The notes under the pieces are model-generated. The model was not told where the DNA came from. It did no database searches and saw only the letters and a program-made list of their open reading frames with translations. A DNA stretch of 64,000 bases from positions 21,824,001 to 21,888,000 of the forward strand of contig NC_134473.1 of NCBI RefSeq assembly GCF_964194025.1, given 5' to 3'. Positions within the stretch are counted from its first letter, which is position 1. Every line of letters begins with the position of its first letter. The translations under genes were made by a program, and so were the position numbers. The stretch comes from Convolutriloba macropyga (Eukaryota). Below are positions 49,525-62,514 of the stretch, piece after piece.

Positions 49525-50554
49525 AACAAATTTAAGAATTCGGTTCTGTTTCATGTGTCATGTCCCTCTTTTGTTCGTTTGAAGGACATGTGTTAAAAAA
49601 TTTATGAGTGAGTTTGAGCTGTGAATTGTTTGCATACACCCTGATGAGGCTGTAAAATTATCAATAATAGGCTGTCATATTCAACCAGGAAACATGAAAC
49701 AGTTCCGAGAACAGAAATATAATTATGCTAATCTTCCTGAGATGTAGTGGTCTTCCACAATTTACTGTACATTTAGCTTCGACTTAAATTTATTGATACA
49801 CCGCTCTTTTTCGTTCCACTAGCTCAGTTTTACAGAGGCTATTTTTTGGTGAAAGATAACGAACTACCCTATCAAATGCTTACATAATTTTAAAAGAGAT
49901 CGGAGCTGAAAACTCAAGGGAGATATTGTTCAACACTGCGCCAAAAGGATCTAGATTCTTAATTTGTATGTTGAATAATAAATTTACAAGATGTCAGAGC
50001 CCACCAAACCAATCAAAAACTATTCCGAATCGCGTAAGAAAAAATATTCAAAAATGAGTGGTTACGGATGCAAAACCTTGCAACCTAGTTAACATAGCCG
50101 GCAGATTGCCGGAATAGCTGCGAAAGCATAGACTTGCGTACCGTATATTAGAGATAGAAACAGATACAGATATAAAATGAAAAAGATATCGGCGCCGTTC
50201 AAAAAACTACATAAAAATCATTCAGCGATCAATTTTTAAAGTTTGTTAACATTCGTTGCTTGCGCAGAAACCTTTTCATTGGGGGAAACCTTTATACACA
50301 TATGAGTTCTTTTGACCTTAAACTAATTCAAAATAAACACAAGTTTAAAAGTGCAAAAGTCATTTTTATTGAGCGCGATGAAACAGGTAAGATCACAATC
50401 CAATCACGCAAAAGTTTTGCTAGAGAAAGAGAGAGAGAAATGACATGACGAGCTCAAAAGCCGTTAAAAAGAAGAAATCATTCAGAAAATGTGACTTTTT
50501 CAGCTTTGCTGTGTGAACAAATGTGAAACGAAAAAGAGCGTCAGACGACGAAAC

Positions 50555-51560
50555 ATAAAACATAGCAAGACAAGTCCAGACGTACTATTCAAAGAATATT
50601 CATTGACTAAACAAAAAAACTGGACCCAGAACAGACTATGAGTGAATTGGGAGCACCATTTAGAAAAAACATTATAAATCAAAATGAAATTCCCATATGT
50701 GAACAAAAAAAAACCACTAACGAGAAATGGAAATCTGGTTCAAACACAAAACTAGGGCTAGAACAAACTATGGATGGATTGGGAAAACCATTCAGAAAAA
50801 AATCTGATCCAAGAAATTTAAAAAAATAGTAAAAATCAAGGTGAAATTGCCGCATGTGAACTAAAAAAACCACTAGCGAGAAAACGAATTTTTGTTCAAA
50901 CACCGTTTTCTCACTCTACTTCAAATTTAGAGCAAAAACATTTCACGCCGCAAAACCACTCGCTTCTGCGCTCCACTTCCTGTTTCGGCGTGACCAAAAT
51001 CACAACTCCAATTTGACTTCAAAAATCATGAAAATGTGTGAACAGATCTTAAAAAACGACAGAACCCAAATACAATTCAAATTCTTTAAACTGTAAAAAA
51101 CATAGCAGGACAAGTCCTGACGACCTAGAACGGACTATGAGTGAATTGGGAAAACTTTTTCCAGCAAAATTGGATAAAAAAATTAAAAAAAAAGACAATC
51201 AATGTCAAACTGTCACATATGAAAAAAACCATTAACTAGACATGGAAATTTAGTTCAAACAAAAAACTGGGCCTATAATGAACTATTAATGAATTGGAAA
51301 AACCATTTAGACAGAAATCAGATCCAAAAAATTGAAAAAACAGTAAATATCAAAGTGAATTTGTCGCATGTGAATAAAACCACTAGCAAGAAAGCGAATT
51401 TATGTTCAAACACCGTTATCTCACTGTAATTTAAAATTAGAGCAAAAAATATTTATACCGCAAAACCACTCGCTTTTTCGCTCCCCTTCCTGTTTCGCCG
51501 TGACCAAAATCACTACTCCAATTTGACTTTAAAAGTCTTGAAAACGTGTGAATAATCAAA
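50555..51560. repeat. Diverged tandem duplication (~510-540-bp unit), related copy at ~57220-57490
   Basis: AAACATAGCA.GACAAGTCC.GACG at ~50558 and ~51098; CCGCAAAACCACTCGCTT..CTTCCTGTTTCG.CGTGACCAAAATCAC at ~50948 and ~51458. Confidence 0.85.
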
Positions 51561-51727
51561 ACGCCCCAATACAATTAAAAATTTTTTTGAATTCTAATAA
51601 ACACCAAGGAGAACAAAATATAGCTCCACTATAAGCTTACAGCTTCAACGCTATAGAAATATTTGTTGATAACGCAATGAAACTTATATAGAGTTGTTCA
51701 ATTTAGTCAGCCCAATAATATGAAATT

Positions 51728-52655
51728 TGTCTGATCACAGGTGACATCTATCTGAGACGATCTGATCAGAGGGAACTCGGGCGCACAATAGTGTGATCAG
51801 AAAAGAATTTGAGCGTTTGTGTCTAATCAAAAACCGTTTCGAGTGCAATTTTTTTTCATTTTTTCTTTGGATTTAGGCAACAAATGAAGCAGCGTTTTGA
51901 TCAGCTCCAAGCGGCAACAAATGACGCAGTGTTTTGAGCAAAACATCTTTTAGAGTCTGATGGCGCTGATCAGAATCATATGGTCCAGTTGATAGCAATT
52001 GCCGGTCTGCTTTAGAATTAAATTTGAATAACAGTAAAACAAAACATATTTTATGAACAACTGTTTAACTTCATCTATGGAGTCAGAAACATGCACTAAA
52101 GCCTACAAAATTATTGTTTTCCAAGATTTGGGGTCTTCTTTTATCACCGTAACCTCAGATTTGGTTTTTTCCTAGGTTGCATATTTTACTACTCAGAACA
52201 CAAAAACAACATGAAACGATTATGTTAAACCCACATTAGGAGATTTGTTCATGTCTAAAAACATTCTCTGATTAGACTATTTCGGGAGCACCTGTGTCTG
52301 GTCAGATGCTATTTAAATTGCACTTGATTTTGATTAGAAGCGACTTCAAGCGCACGTGGTCTGATCAGAGGTGGATTTGAGAGCACATTATTCTGCTCAG
52401 AAGTGGACTCGAGCGCATACTAGTCTGATAAGAAGTGACTTTCGAGCGCACGATAGTCTGAATAGAGGAGCTTTTTGAGCTCACAAAGATTTTTGAGCAA
52501 AGATAGAGTGATCAGAGGTTAATTCGGTCTGAGTTGGATTGATCAGAGGTTATTTTTACCTGGGACTTCTGAACAGAGCCGATTTCGGTTTGAGTCGGTT
52601 GGATGAGAGGTCTTTTCTTCGGGGACGGTCTGATAAGAGGCGATTTCGATCAGAC
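51728..52655. repeat. Degenerate ~32-bp minisatellite built on the palindrome TCTGATCAGA
   Basis: Repeated GTCTGATCAGAGG..(T)CGAGCGCA units at 51728-51810 and 52290-52655. Confidence 0.75.
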
Positions 52656-55600
52656 ATTTTTTAAGTGTGCATAATCTGAGTTTTGCAATATACCGACTAC
52701 TTGAAATCCTGCAACGAATAAGGAGGTGTCAAAGTTGAAGGCAAAGAAAGATTTCAACTTCTGATGCCTTTAGCCCTATTGATCTGATAAACGTATGTTT
52801 GCTCGTTAAACTTCTCCTGATCCTCTAAACATCTTTTTCCACGAGGATTTTACTGCTTAAATGCAAGGAGCAATCTATGCATCATTTTCTTAACCACGTA
52901 CGTCAAAAAGATTAGACCATCAGTGTCGAGTATTTCTAAACGTTCAAATACGCATAAAATTTGTTCTATTATACATAGGAAGCTGGGAAAAAATGCAGAT
53001 AACATAATTTTCAGTAAGCCTTTCCATAAACCTGATCGATTGCGCTAGTTTTAATCTAAATATTTTTAGGGTTCAGGAATGTATCGGTGACACGATCTGA
53101 GCCAAAGAGCAAAGGGTGAAGACATAACAGAAATAACAGTCCAGGATGACGTCCTCAATGAAGATTGCTAACGATCACACCCTTCGATACGCAAACTTTG
53201 TATGGTTAGAGCCGTCCAATATTTAAAATCCTATGTCCTCGACTCGTTCAATTTCCATGTTCTCAACATTAACTCGTCTTATTCAGATTTTAGATTTATG
53301 TGTACCTAATTTCTCAGTTAACAGTTACGCTGTAATATAGAAATACAATTTCTTCTTAAACTCTCAAAATCTCGAACAAAATAGATGCGATAATAAAGTA
53401 ATTAACATAAAAATTATTCTCCTCTTTTTTATGCACAAATAAGCATATGATGTTGCGTTACTTTTCCACAATTTGTCTTTACTACACTCTACTACATTAC
53501 AGGAGAAGCTTCAAAACAACATTTGGCCTTAAAACCCTGTTTGGCTAAAATCACTGTTTGATCAGATTTTGGTTTTTGTTTGAAATCATTTTTCATCAGA
53601 CTCTGGCTCTCTTACAAATGCCATTCATTATCTTTTAGGACTCTTGTAAGATAACCGTCTTGCACGAAAAGCGGAAAATTGCCTTAGCTGGTATACGAGC
53701 TTCTTTCGCTTCTTTGAAGACTAAAGAATAGGATTGGATTTAATCTGTAGTCGGCAAAAGAAAAAAAAGACAGATAAACTGTCAGAGGATCACGGAGTTC
53801 TCGAAGTACTGACTCATCACAATGTGAAATCTTCGTTTCGCAATCTGTTTCAAAAAAATTTTGAGGCGAACATTTTGAATTATCAATGAATTCGAAAACG
53901 AGTCAGCATATCAACTTTGGACCACTTCTAGACAATTTTTGGCAATTTTTTAATTTCTGCTCGCCAATTTTAGATTTTTGAGATTTCACGCCACTTTCTT
54001 ACTTGTTCAATGCCCGTACAAAAACAAATGGGTCAAGAGCAGTGTCAATTTTGCTGCTCATTTTCAATGGAATCAAAAAATAAGCTTCATGAAATTTGAA
54101 TAAACTTTTATTTGCGTTTAAGCAATTTCAGCATTTTTATTTATACATTTCTGCTTCTACTGTAAAAAAGGAAAATATTCGTATTTGCTTTTTCGGTATA
54201 TTATTGGACATTAATTTTTCGTTTCGTTTGCTGCTTTTTCAAACAAGTCCCCGTCTTGTTGAAACTGTACTTATGTCAACACAGAAGAACGCAAAATGGA
54301 TCATACAGTACCTAATTTATGGAACTGATTGAAATTATTTCCCAAAAATGGGTGCTCTGAGATCAGAATTGGGCTTCAGAGGGCAAATAAACTGAAGCAA
54401 CGTTGAGAAGTCTTATTTGAGTTATAGTTTTGAGAGATAATTTAAAGTGACATATCATAGTAGGATGTATTGTATAAAACAAACAACCTCATTTCAGTGT
54501 TCCCTAATCCTTGACCTTTTTTTAGTGAGTTAACTTTTCGTTGAAAACTTACAACCGTTGGCAGTACAAGGTCAAAAGCTGTTGAAAATTCTGAGCTAAG
54601 TTTAAGCTAGTCCAATGAAAAGTACAAACACGAAAATAATGCAGTGCAACCAAATTTTATTTCAAAGACATCAGAAAAATATCAATCGAAACTGCTTTAC
54701 ATTTAAACCAGCGAGTTTGCTGTTTATCTTTTGTAACAAATTAATTGCTGCCCGTTAATATATATTATAAATCCAAGCAAATGAATTTCTCTAAACGTAA
54801 ATTCAGACATCAAAAATTGATTAATACTATTAATTTTTTCATAGTCCGCGGAATTTTCAATGATATTTCTTTATCTTTTGGTCATGAATGCAAAAATACC
54901 TTAAAAGATGCAACACAATCCCCAGTAAAAAAAATGATTATCTGCAAGTGCCTGGCAGATTCTGACAATATCCTGCAATATAACCAATTGTATTGAAAAG
55001 TTACTTCAATTATTCAAATTAAGTTTTTCATGAAATTTTAAATAACTCAATATAAGCATACATCACTTCACTCGCTTTCGAAACAACTTTTTAAAATATA
55101 AATACGTCTGTTGCGCAAAATTGTTTTTGGTGCATTCAATTTTCTTTTTTTCTTCAAGTTAGATGCAAAATTGTTATCTATATACGGCGTTATTCTAAAT
55201 AATCAGTCAGTTCATTCTACACAATTTTTTACCAGTTATTCGAAAAGTAAAGTGTCAAATCTTGCCTTTTTGTCTGGGATTATAATTATTGTTGCGAAAC
55301 AGTGGCGAAACAGTCGTCTTTCAATTTTTTTTCAGTTTTATTCAAGCAGATTCTCAGTTTTTCAATTTAAAAATATTTTTGAAATAAGGTCATTAAAGGG
55401 CTGGCAAAGCTCATTGAAACTGAACATATCACTACCTCATGAAGACAGAAAGCAATGAGAAAAACAGGCCATCTGGAGAACACATTTTTCTAGACAAATA
55501 ACACCTGCAGTTTTCAGAAACTATTCATTCAATTTCAATTTCGAGGGCTCACATCTGTATAAGAGGAGCAAATAAAATTTTTCATTGAGCTAAGATTTTT

Positions 55601-56211
55601 GTACAGCCCAAACGTTGATAAAATTTTGTATACCTTTATTAGTACTGCTAATATGCATTGGTTGGCTTAGAGCATTATGGGTTATCGTGTACCTAAATGT
55701 AGATTACGAAACTTGGTTCCTACAAAGTTAACTTATTCGAAATTACTGTTTCAAGTAAAACAAAAAGTTTATTGTTGCATGCAAAACTGGCAAATAATAT
55801 AAGAAAAAAGAAATAGTGTAAAATTCTATTTATTAAAGCACATAGATCTTTAATTATATAGAAAAAAAACCAAGATGAATTAGACATATAGATTATTTGT
55901 ACAGGAAAATAAAATTTAGTAAATCTATGTGGAAAACCCCAGTGATTCTAGAGTTTTTGTTGTGCAAGATCTGACAGATTTAGACAAAGCCTGACTAAAA
56001 CTTTACAGAAAACTTTGTCATGTTACACAATAAAAATTTTCCACGCAGTAAAAATACAAAGATAAAAATTCAACTTTATCAGATCTTAAATGACAAAAAA
56101 TCCCATAAAAATTTGTTTCTTATCACGTAAGGCGTATTTTAAAATCGTAGTTTAAGACGTATTACAGGATTCCAAAAACTCTGGAATCATTGGGGGACAA
56201 AACAAAAAAAG

Positions 56212-56425
56212 CTACGCAGTTAACCTATGGATATAATTTGTTCTGCAGCGGCATCTTCCTGTATAGTCACACATGCCTTCCACTATGATCTGTCGGTTGT
56301 CAATGAAGGATCTCTTGTGCCATTGACACCTTCTGAAGCACTCTATGTTCTCTGAACTGCTATCTGGGTTGCAGTTAGTGGCTGTGTCCCAATGGTAACG
56401 ACTATTCGACGAAACAGATGTCAAA
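56212..56425 (-). CDS. Defensin-like (CS-alpha-beta type) six-cysteine peptide, terminal exon or pseudogene
   Basis: NC-x10-CFRRC-x16-GMC-x5-CRC: CxxxC, GxC and CxC signature. AATAAA-like signals downstream. The 5' part is unresolved. Confidence 0.65.
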
Positions 56426-58872
56426 CTGCATCCTTGATTTAAGTGAAATTATCCATTTTTCCCCGCAAGTTTCGAAAATTCCCGCACGTTTCTTGCAGAA
56501 AGCAATAACTTTGATTATTTGTTACGATATTTTGCATGATGAGGATTTTGAAAATCATGTTAATATTCCTGATTTACGATATAATTAATTTGCATTAGGC
56601 TTATTCCTGGTTCTACAATGATAAACACCCAAAAAGATATTGCACTGAAGAAGATGCAAAAACCCCATATTGGTTGAAAGACAATTCCAAGACAAAAACT
56701 TGAAGTTCGCTGGAGTAATCATGGAAGCATGTTTTAATGTACAAAATGAAATCTTCTTTCAAAATGAGACCGATTTACACTTGATTGTGCGGACCAGTTC
56801 AGAATGTCACCTTGAATCTTCACAAATTCACTTAATGCTCATAAAAAATTCTACCATTTTATATTAAATCTTATTGAAATAAAAAAAATACATCAGAGTG
56901 ACCATTGTAATCATAATGTTGTACGCGAAAGAACTCATTATGTATATATTTTTTCAACATTAAACTTCTTTTTATATGTGAAAGTGTTGGCACATTTTGC
57001 AGCAAGAGCAACGTTTTTACCGACCCGGGTATATTTTAGCACTCTCTTTTTGGCTTACGTCTAAAAAAATTTTTACTCATAGCAACTACTGTTGTAAGGT
57101 TTGTTCTGATTGATTGAACTGAATTGAATTGCATATGAACAGTAACTTAGAGAAACATCACAAGACAAGTCTTGCCATGCAATTCAAAAATTTCCATTAC
57201 TTACACGGAAAACTAGAGCTAGAATGAACGCTGATTGGATTGAGAAAACAATTTAGAAAACAAATGCGAAACAAATCTGGAAAAAGAACAATGCCAAAAT
57301 GCCACATGTGAACAAAAAAACCGCTAAAGAAAAGGCAAGAATTTCTTTAAACACCCATTTCTTACACTAGATTAAAATTTCAGTTAAACACACACCTTGA
57401 AAGCTCTCGTTTTATTGTCCAATTTCCTGTATCGAGGCGGCCAAAACTAACTGATCAGTCCAATTTCATTTCAATGATCATGAAATGTGTTAAAAATATT
57501 TAAAAAAAAACACACCAGGAAAAATTTCAGAAACAAGTAGAAGTAGCAAATTGACCGTGCATACTGACATGATTCACATCCCAAATAATTATACTAAACG
57601 TTTTGAAACAATTAAAGGAAAAATAAGATGAGAAAATTTACTGCCAATAACTTACTTTTAGTTGCAACTCCAAAAAAATAACTTGTAAAAAAGGCAATTT
57701 GCAAAAAAAAATAAAATTTGACAAGTCGAGTAGAATGGAAAGACAACGCCGAAAACTTTTCAAAACTTCAAATTCATTGAATTGCAATATATGTTAACAA
57801 TAGGTTAATTTTATCAACAACAATTATGGTACAACAGATTATTTGATGTAGTATTAGTATGTGGAGATAATAAAGTAATTTTACATTGTGTAGATACTTT
57901 ATATTGAATAGGACGTTTATAGAATGCGGAACGCCATCTGCAATGAAATTGATTCATAAAAACAGACGTTTAAAATGCCTCGTGGATTCATTGTTTCATA
58001 TGAAAATCAAATACAATAATCTTTAAATGCAACATCGCAAGAACTTTTGTAGCTCTCTCGGATTTAATGCGTTTGCAAATTGAAAATGAGGGTTATATGC
58101 TGGGGTGACTGAAGAGATAGAGTAAAAAGCCTCTTACTCTGATTTGTTGGGGAACAGTTGTCGATAAAAAAACACTACAAAAACATTTGAAATAATTTGT
58201 TGTGAAAGAAAAATCATTCGCGTCCGAAGTTACGGTTTGAAAAATTATAAATACCAAAAAATGCAAACATTGAAAAGAACTGGTGATAAAAGCTACTTAC
58301 GTATAAAAACGTCACTTGTTTCCCTAATTTTCGAAATTTTTCTGCTCAGTTTTCAAATTTTTTCTAAAACTGAATAATTATCCGCAATTCTTTCAATTAG
58401 TTTTTGCTCAATTTAAATGCAATTTGGTTACTTTACAACTTCACCAGCTGAAATTTCCATGGGAAATCTTTGGCCAGATAATTATGCCTGCTGTCAGATT
58501 TTAAGCAAGCTAGATTTTAATCTAGCAGGTTTTTTTTTACTAAATGTTGCAAATTAAAATAAAATTCAAACAGTTAGGAAATCATCAAATCTTCCAATGA
58601 CTTTTCATATCGTACAAGATTAATATCCCGGGCCGGAATATTTATCTGGCAGAGTTCTTAATAACTTGTACTATAATTGTGCCCGTTATTAGGATTTAAG
58701 TACGATTCTTAGAATACAACTATTTCTGAAGTTGGGCTATAATCAGAAACGCCTGCAAATTTGACTGCAAAAATGAACACATGGTCAATAAGGTTTCACT
58801 AAGTTGCCTCAAGTCTCGAAGTTGGGAATGCAAAAATAAAACAAACCTTTCGTTTTTTGAGTTTTTGCCTTT

Positions 58873-59208
58873 CTACCGAAATGGGATCAGAAACTGTAAA
58901 TGATCATAGTTAAAAGCTCTATCAAGCATGCAGCTGTAATGTAGTAAAAAATATTTGTTCCTGCTGCGTCTCCAGGGTGCAGTGTAGGAGTAGACTGGCG
59001 GTGAAGAAGTAGTTCTGATTGGATAACCCAGAAACTGTCTAGCTGGGAGAGGAGTTGTTGATGGAGTCGGCGGATCCGACGGATTGGGCGGATTAGGAGG
59101 CTCCGGTGGATTTGAGATATCAGGAGTAGCATCAATAACACACTGAAGTGCATGTAAGACCACGTAAACAACTACGCATTTAAGAGAGTAAATCAAAATA
59201 AACTGCAT
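58873..59208 (-). CDS. Secreted Pro/Ser/Thr-rich small protein (3' structure uncertain)
   Basis: MQFILIYSLKCVVVYVVLHALQCVIDA signal-like N-terminus followed by NPPEPPNPPNPSDPPTPSTTPLP; GC-rich island. Confidence 0.6.
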   Translation of the reverse strand: MQFILIYSLKCVVVYVVLHALQCVIDATPDISNPPEPPNPPNPSDPPTPSTTPLPARQFLGYPIRTTSSPPVYSYTAPWRRSRNKYFLLHYSCMLDRAFNYDHLQFLIPFR

Positions 59209-60825
59209 AATTATAGTGGCAAATTTGTAAATTAATACGCACAGAATTAATGGCACAAATTTTCCATGATTTTTACTGGTGGTTTTAAAAGGAAGACGTT
59301 GGTTTAAATTTTTACTTCCTAGACCGCGATGACTGCGGCCCAAGTGCCAAATTAACTTGATAAATCAAGTTGATAAATCAATGATAATTCAATGTTTTCA
59401 CGGCATGTTTAAGCTTAGAAGCGTTGAAAATATTTAAGCTACAAATAACTCAGTTAAAATTTGAAACATAGAAATGCTTGTATATGGTTTAAGAATAGAT
59501 GTGGGCTACGCATATTGGCAGCCCACTTTATGAATGTATGCTCTCTGTATGAATGGAAAAACAAGGCGAGGTTGAGAAGGGACAAAATTTGTTACATCAT
59601 CAATATTATTTAAACTGTTGCAGACCTCTATACTATTATTTAGGAATTATCGTCTTCACGATTTCAGTATTCAGCTCATTTTTAGAACCATAATAACCGT
59701 CTTGTAGTTGTCGGCTATTGTCTCTTACTACTGAATCAGAGTAAAACCCAGACTGTTCTTAGACTGTTTTTTTAAATTGTCCTTTCTCTGTTCATGTTAA
59801 AAGCTATGACCAGCCTGTCTAAATTTTCAGTAAATTGTATTCCGAATTTAGCATGATTTACCATGTCTATTGTAATGGAACATTTTGTACTCATAATTAT
59901 CAGCTCATTTAAAATTCTGTTTTTTTTTCAAATTTATAACTAAATCAAGAAGGCAAGTAATTCGTAGCAAACTATATTGTTCTGCCAATTGAGCACAAAA
60001 AAAATCAAATAGGCAAAAAGAGAATTTGCTCAAACTTTCGTTCCACAGCGCACACAATGGGGCCTTTGCAGCACAAAAGCTAAGATTAACAATGATCTGC
60101 TGATAGTGTTTGTCACATATGACCTTAAATTTTGGAATATATGCAACAAGTCAATTAAAATTTTAAAAAATTGAAAAAATAAATGAAATTAACCAAAAAA
60201 TAAATCAACATTTTGCGGCAAACAACACATTTGATCGACTATATATACTCTGTAATTAACTCTTATCTTTTGAGCTGTTCGCCGACCCTAATCTAGACCC
60301 TTGATTTTGGGAATTAGTCGCCATAATTCTCAGTGTTATTGTGCCTAGAATTCGCTGCGGAATTAGCGACGAAGCAACAACACTGGCACTTTTGTTGGTG
60401 ACTTTCGCATTGTCGCTGATTTCGGCAATTTTGCTAAAGTACGAGAAACCAACGCAATGAATTAAAAAAACTAAATTACTTGTCTTCTTGTTACACTTAT
60501 TTCATCATTGAATCATTTCGCCATCAAATCACGCAAAATTCAAGGTACTGAAATTTGTCATATTTAGATGCTTAAGCATTGCCTACCAAAAAACAGTAAC
60601 GAGGTAAGTTTAATAAACGCATACTTCAGCTTTTTTTTAGATTACATGATCACGTACTATTTTTTATTGTGGTTTCTACAGAAAAAATGCAGAAAAAGAA
60701 TGATGAAAAGAACTTGCAATAGACTGATTCGGTGCTGGTCTGCATTGGTACACTCTTCTAACAAGCTATGGAGAATTTTCATTCCGGCCTAGTAATACAT
60801 TGAATTTGCAACTGGTCTTTTTAAG

Positions 60826-60957
60826 TTACCCCCCACTCTTAGATCTTTTTGGTCTATCTGGTGATAATGAACTATAAACTGGTGAGAAATTACCCCCGAA
60901 CTCTTACATCATTTTACCCCCCTTGATAGACCAAAAAGATCTAAGAGTGGGGGGTAA
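60826..60957. repeat. Perfect 33-bp inverted repeat with 66-bp spacer
   Basis: TTACCCCCCACTCTTAGATCTTTTTGGTCTATC (60826-60858) and its exact reverse complement (60925-60957). Confidence 0.92.
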
Positions 60958-62091
60958 TTTGTCTTTTACCCCCTCACTCTTACGCCATTTTACCCCCGTT
61001 GGAAGCCTAATGCAGCCCAGAAAGACGTAAAAATTTTGAGCTGCATTTTCTTAAAAAATCCTCCCATTGCAGCTCCACTCTTACATCATTTTTGGCAGAA
61101 AAATTCGACCCGGGCCAATTTGATTTTGCCCTAATAATACACAGAAGTTGCAAGATTTTGTAGGTAGTAAAATATGAAGCAACTTGTTTTTTGCCTTGTA
61201 AAAAATTGAAGGTGCATGACTCTGGCGATAATAAACTAAGACGCAATTTGATTTCAGTCTAGTGTAATATAGCTATATCTCACGATTCTGTCATTTGATT
61301 AACAATTGATTATATAATAATAAAGCAACTTGATTTTGACCTATTAAAATACTGCAGTTGAAAGATTCTGGCGATAATGAACTATTAGGCAAACTGATTT
61401 CGGCCCAGTAATACGCTCAAGTTGAAAGATTATGGTGTTATTGAACCACCAGGAAATTGATTTACGCCTAGCAATATATACTCAAATTTCCCCGAATGAG
61501 TCAAACGCTTTTTGGTTAAAACAGTAAGTTTGTTAAGCAGTGAGGACAAATTTATGGACTAAAGCCAACTACTTGAGACAACGCACGTTGTTTCGTTTCA
61601 AATCGATTAAAATTTCTTGTAGTAAAATAGGTGATATTGTAGCTACATTGGCCTCGGACAATCACATGAAGTAGAAAGTAGGCCGAAAAACTCGGATTAA
61701 CCGATTTTAATTAATTAAGATAAGATAAACGAAATGTGCTTAAAATAATTTTGTTATAGTTTGAGTGCAGAAAACAATCAAAGCTTGAAAACATTTGAAG
61801 CTTATACGTGTGTTTAGGCTTGAAATCTCTCTGGACATATTTTTTCATCCAGTACAGGAGTATGATTCAATATACAACAACGTTTTACAAATTTTTGCAA
61901 CTGCACTATCTACCCGGACCTAGCTTCAAGTGTAAATCAGCACTGAATCTTTTTAACTCCATCATGTTTTTTACTCTTCCAAGTTAACTGTTCATGGCAC
62001 ATATTAGACATTTCATTGTAAATTACAGGACAAATAAAATCTTTTCTCGGTTATTCTTATGCCCAGCATGATTATTGTACGGCGACTTATC

Positions 62092-62186
62092 TGCGCATTA
62101 TGCCTTTTAAGCGGGTAATTGTATGCGCATTATGCTATTTAAGCGGGTAATTATATGCGCAGGATGCGCGTTTGCAGCGGGTAATC
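62092..62186. repeat. ~32-bp tandem repeat x~3
   Basis: TGCGCATTATGC..TTTAAGCGGGTAATT repeated, third copy diverged. Confidence 0.8.
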
Positions 62187-62514
62187 CCAATGATCAGAAG
62201 ACTGATGTAAAGCAAAAATTCATTAAGTATAATTTAAAAATTTTGTACGAAGAAAATTGTTTAAAATTTTTTTCTAAGTTTTATATTTCACAATTCACCT
62301 TCCAATTTTTGAAAAGTAACATTGAAAAGAACCTACTATTGCACATCTTCTTAATAGCAAAGAAACCCACAAGCTTTTAAAAATTATATAAAGATATTGT
62401 GCCAATTAACAGGATCTATTTTTAATAAGAAAACATTCAACTATTATCTAAATTTATAGGAGAACAGACGCAATTTCCACAGAAACAGACCGTACGCCCT
62501 AAAAGAAATTGTCT

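Noticed and set aside
51728-52655. CRISPR-like array
   Set aside because: The units are degenerate tandem copies without unique spacers, the context is eukaryotic, and there are no cas genes.
37385-56730. Stop-codon reassignment (TAA=Gln) explaining the internal TAAs in both peptide loci
   Set aside because: The lectin ends at TAA and the CA at TAG in expected places, their exons contain no internal stops, and similar CAA/CAG->stop changes litter the dead copia element. Ordinary mutation is simpler.
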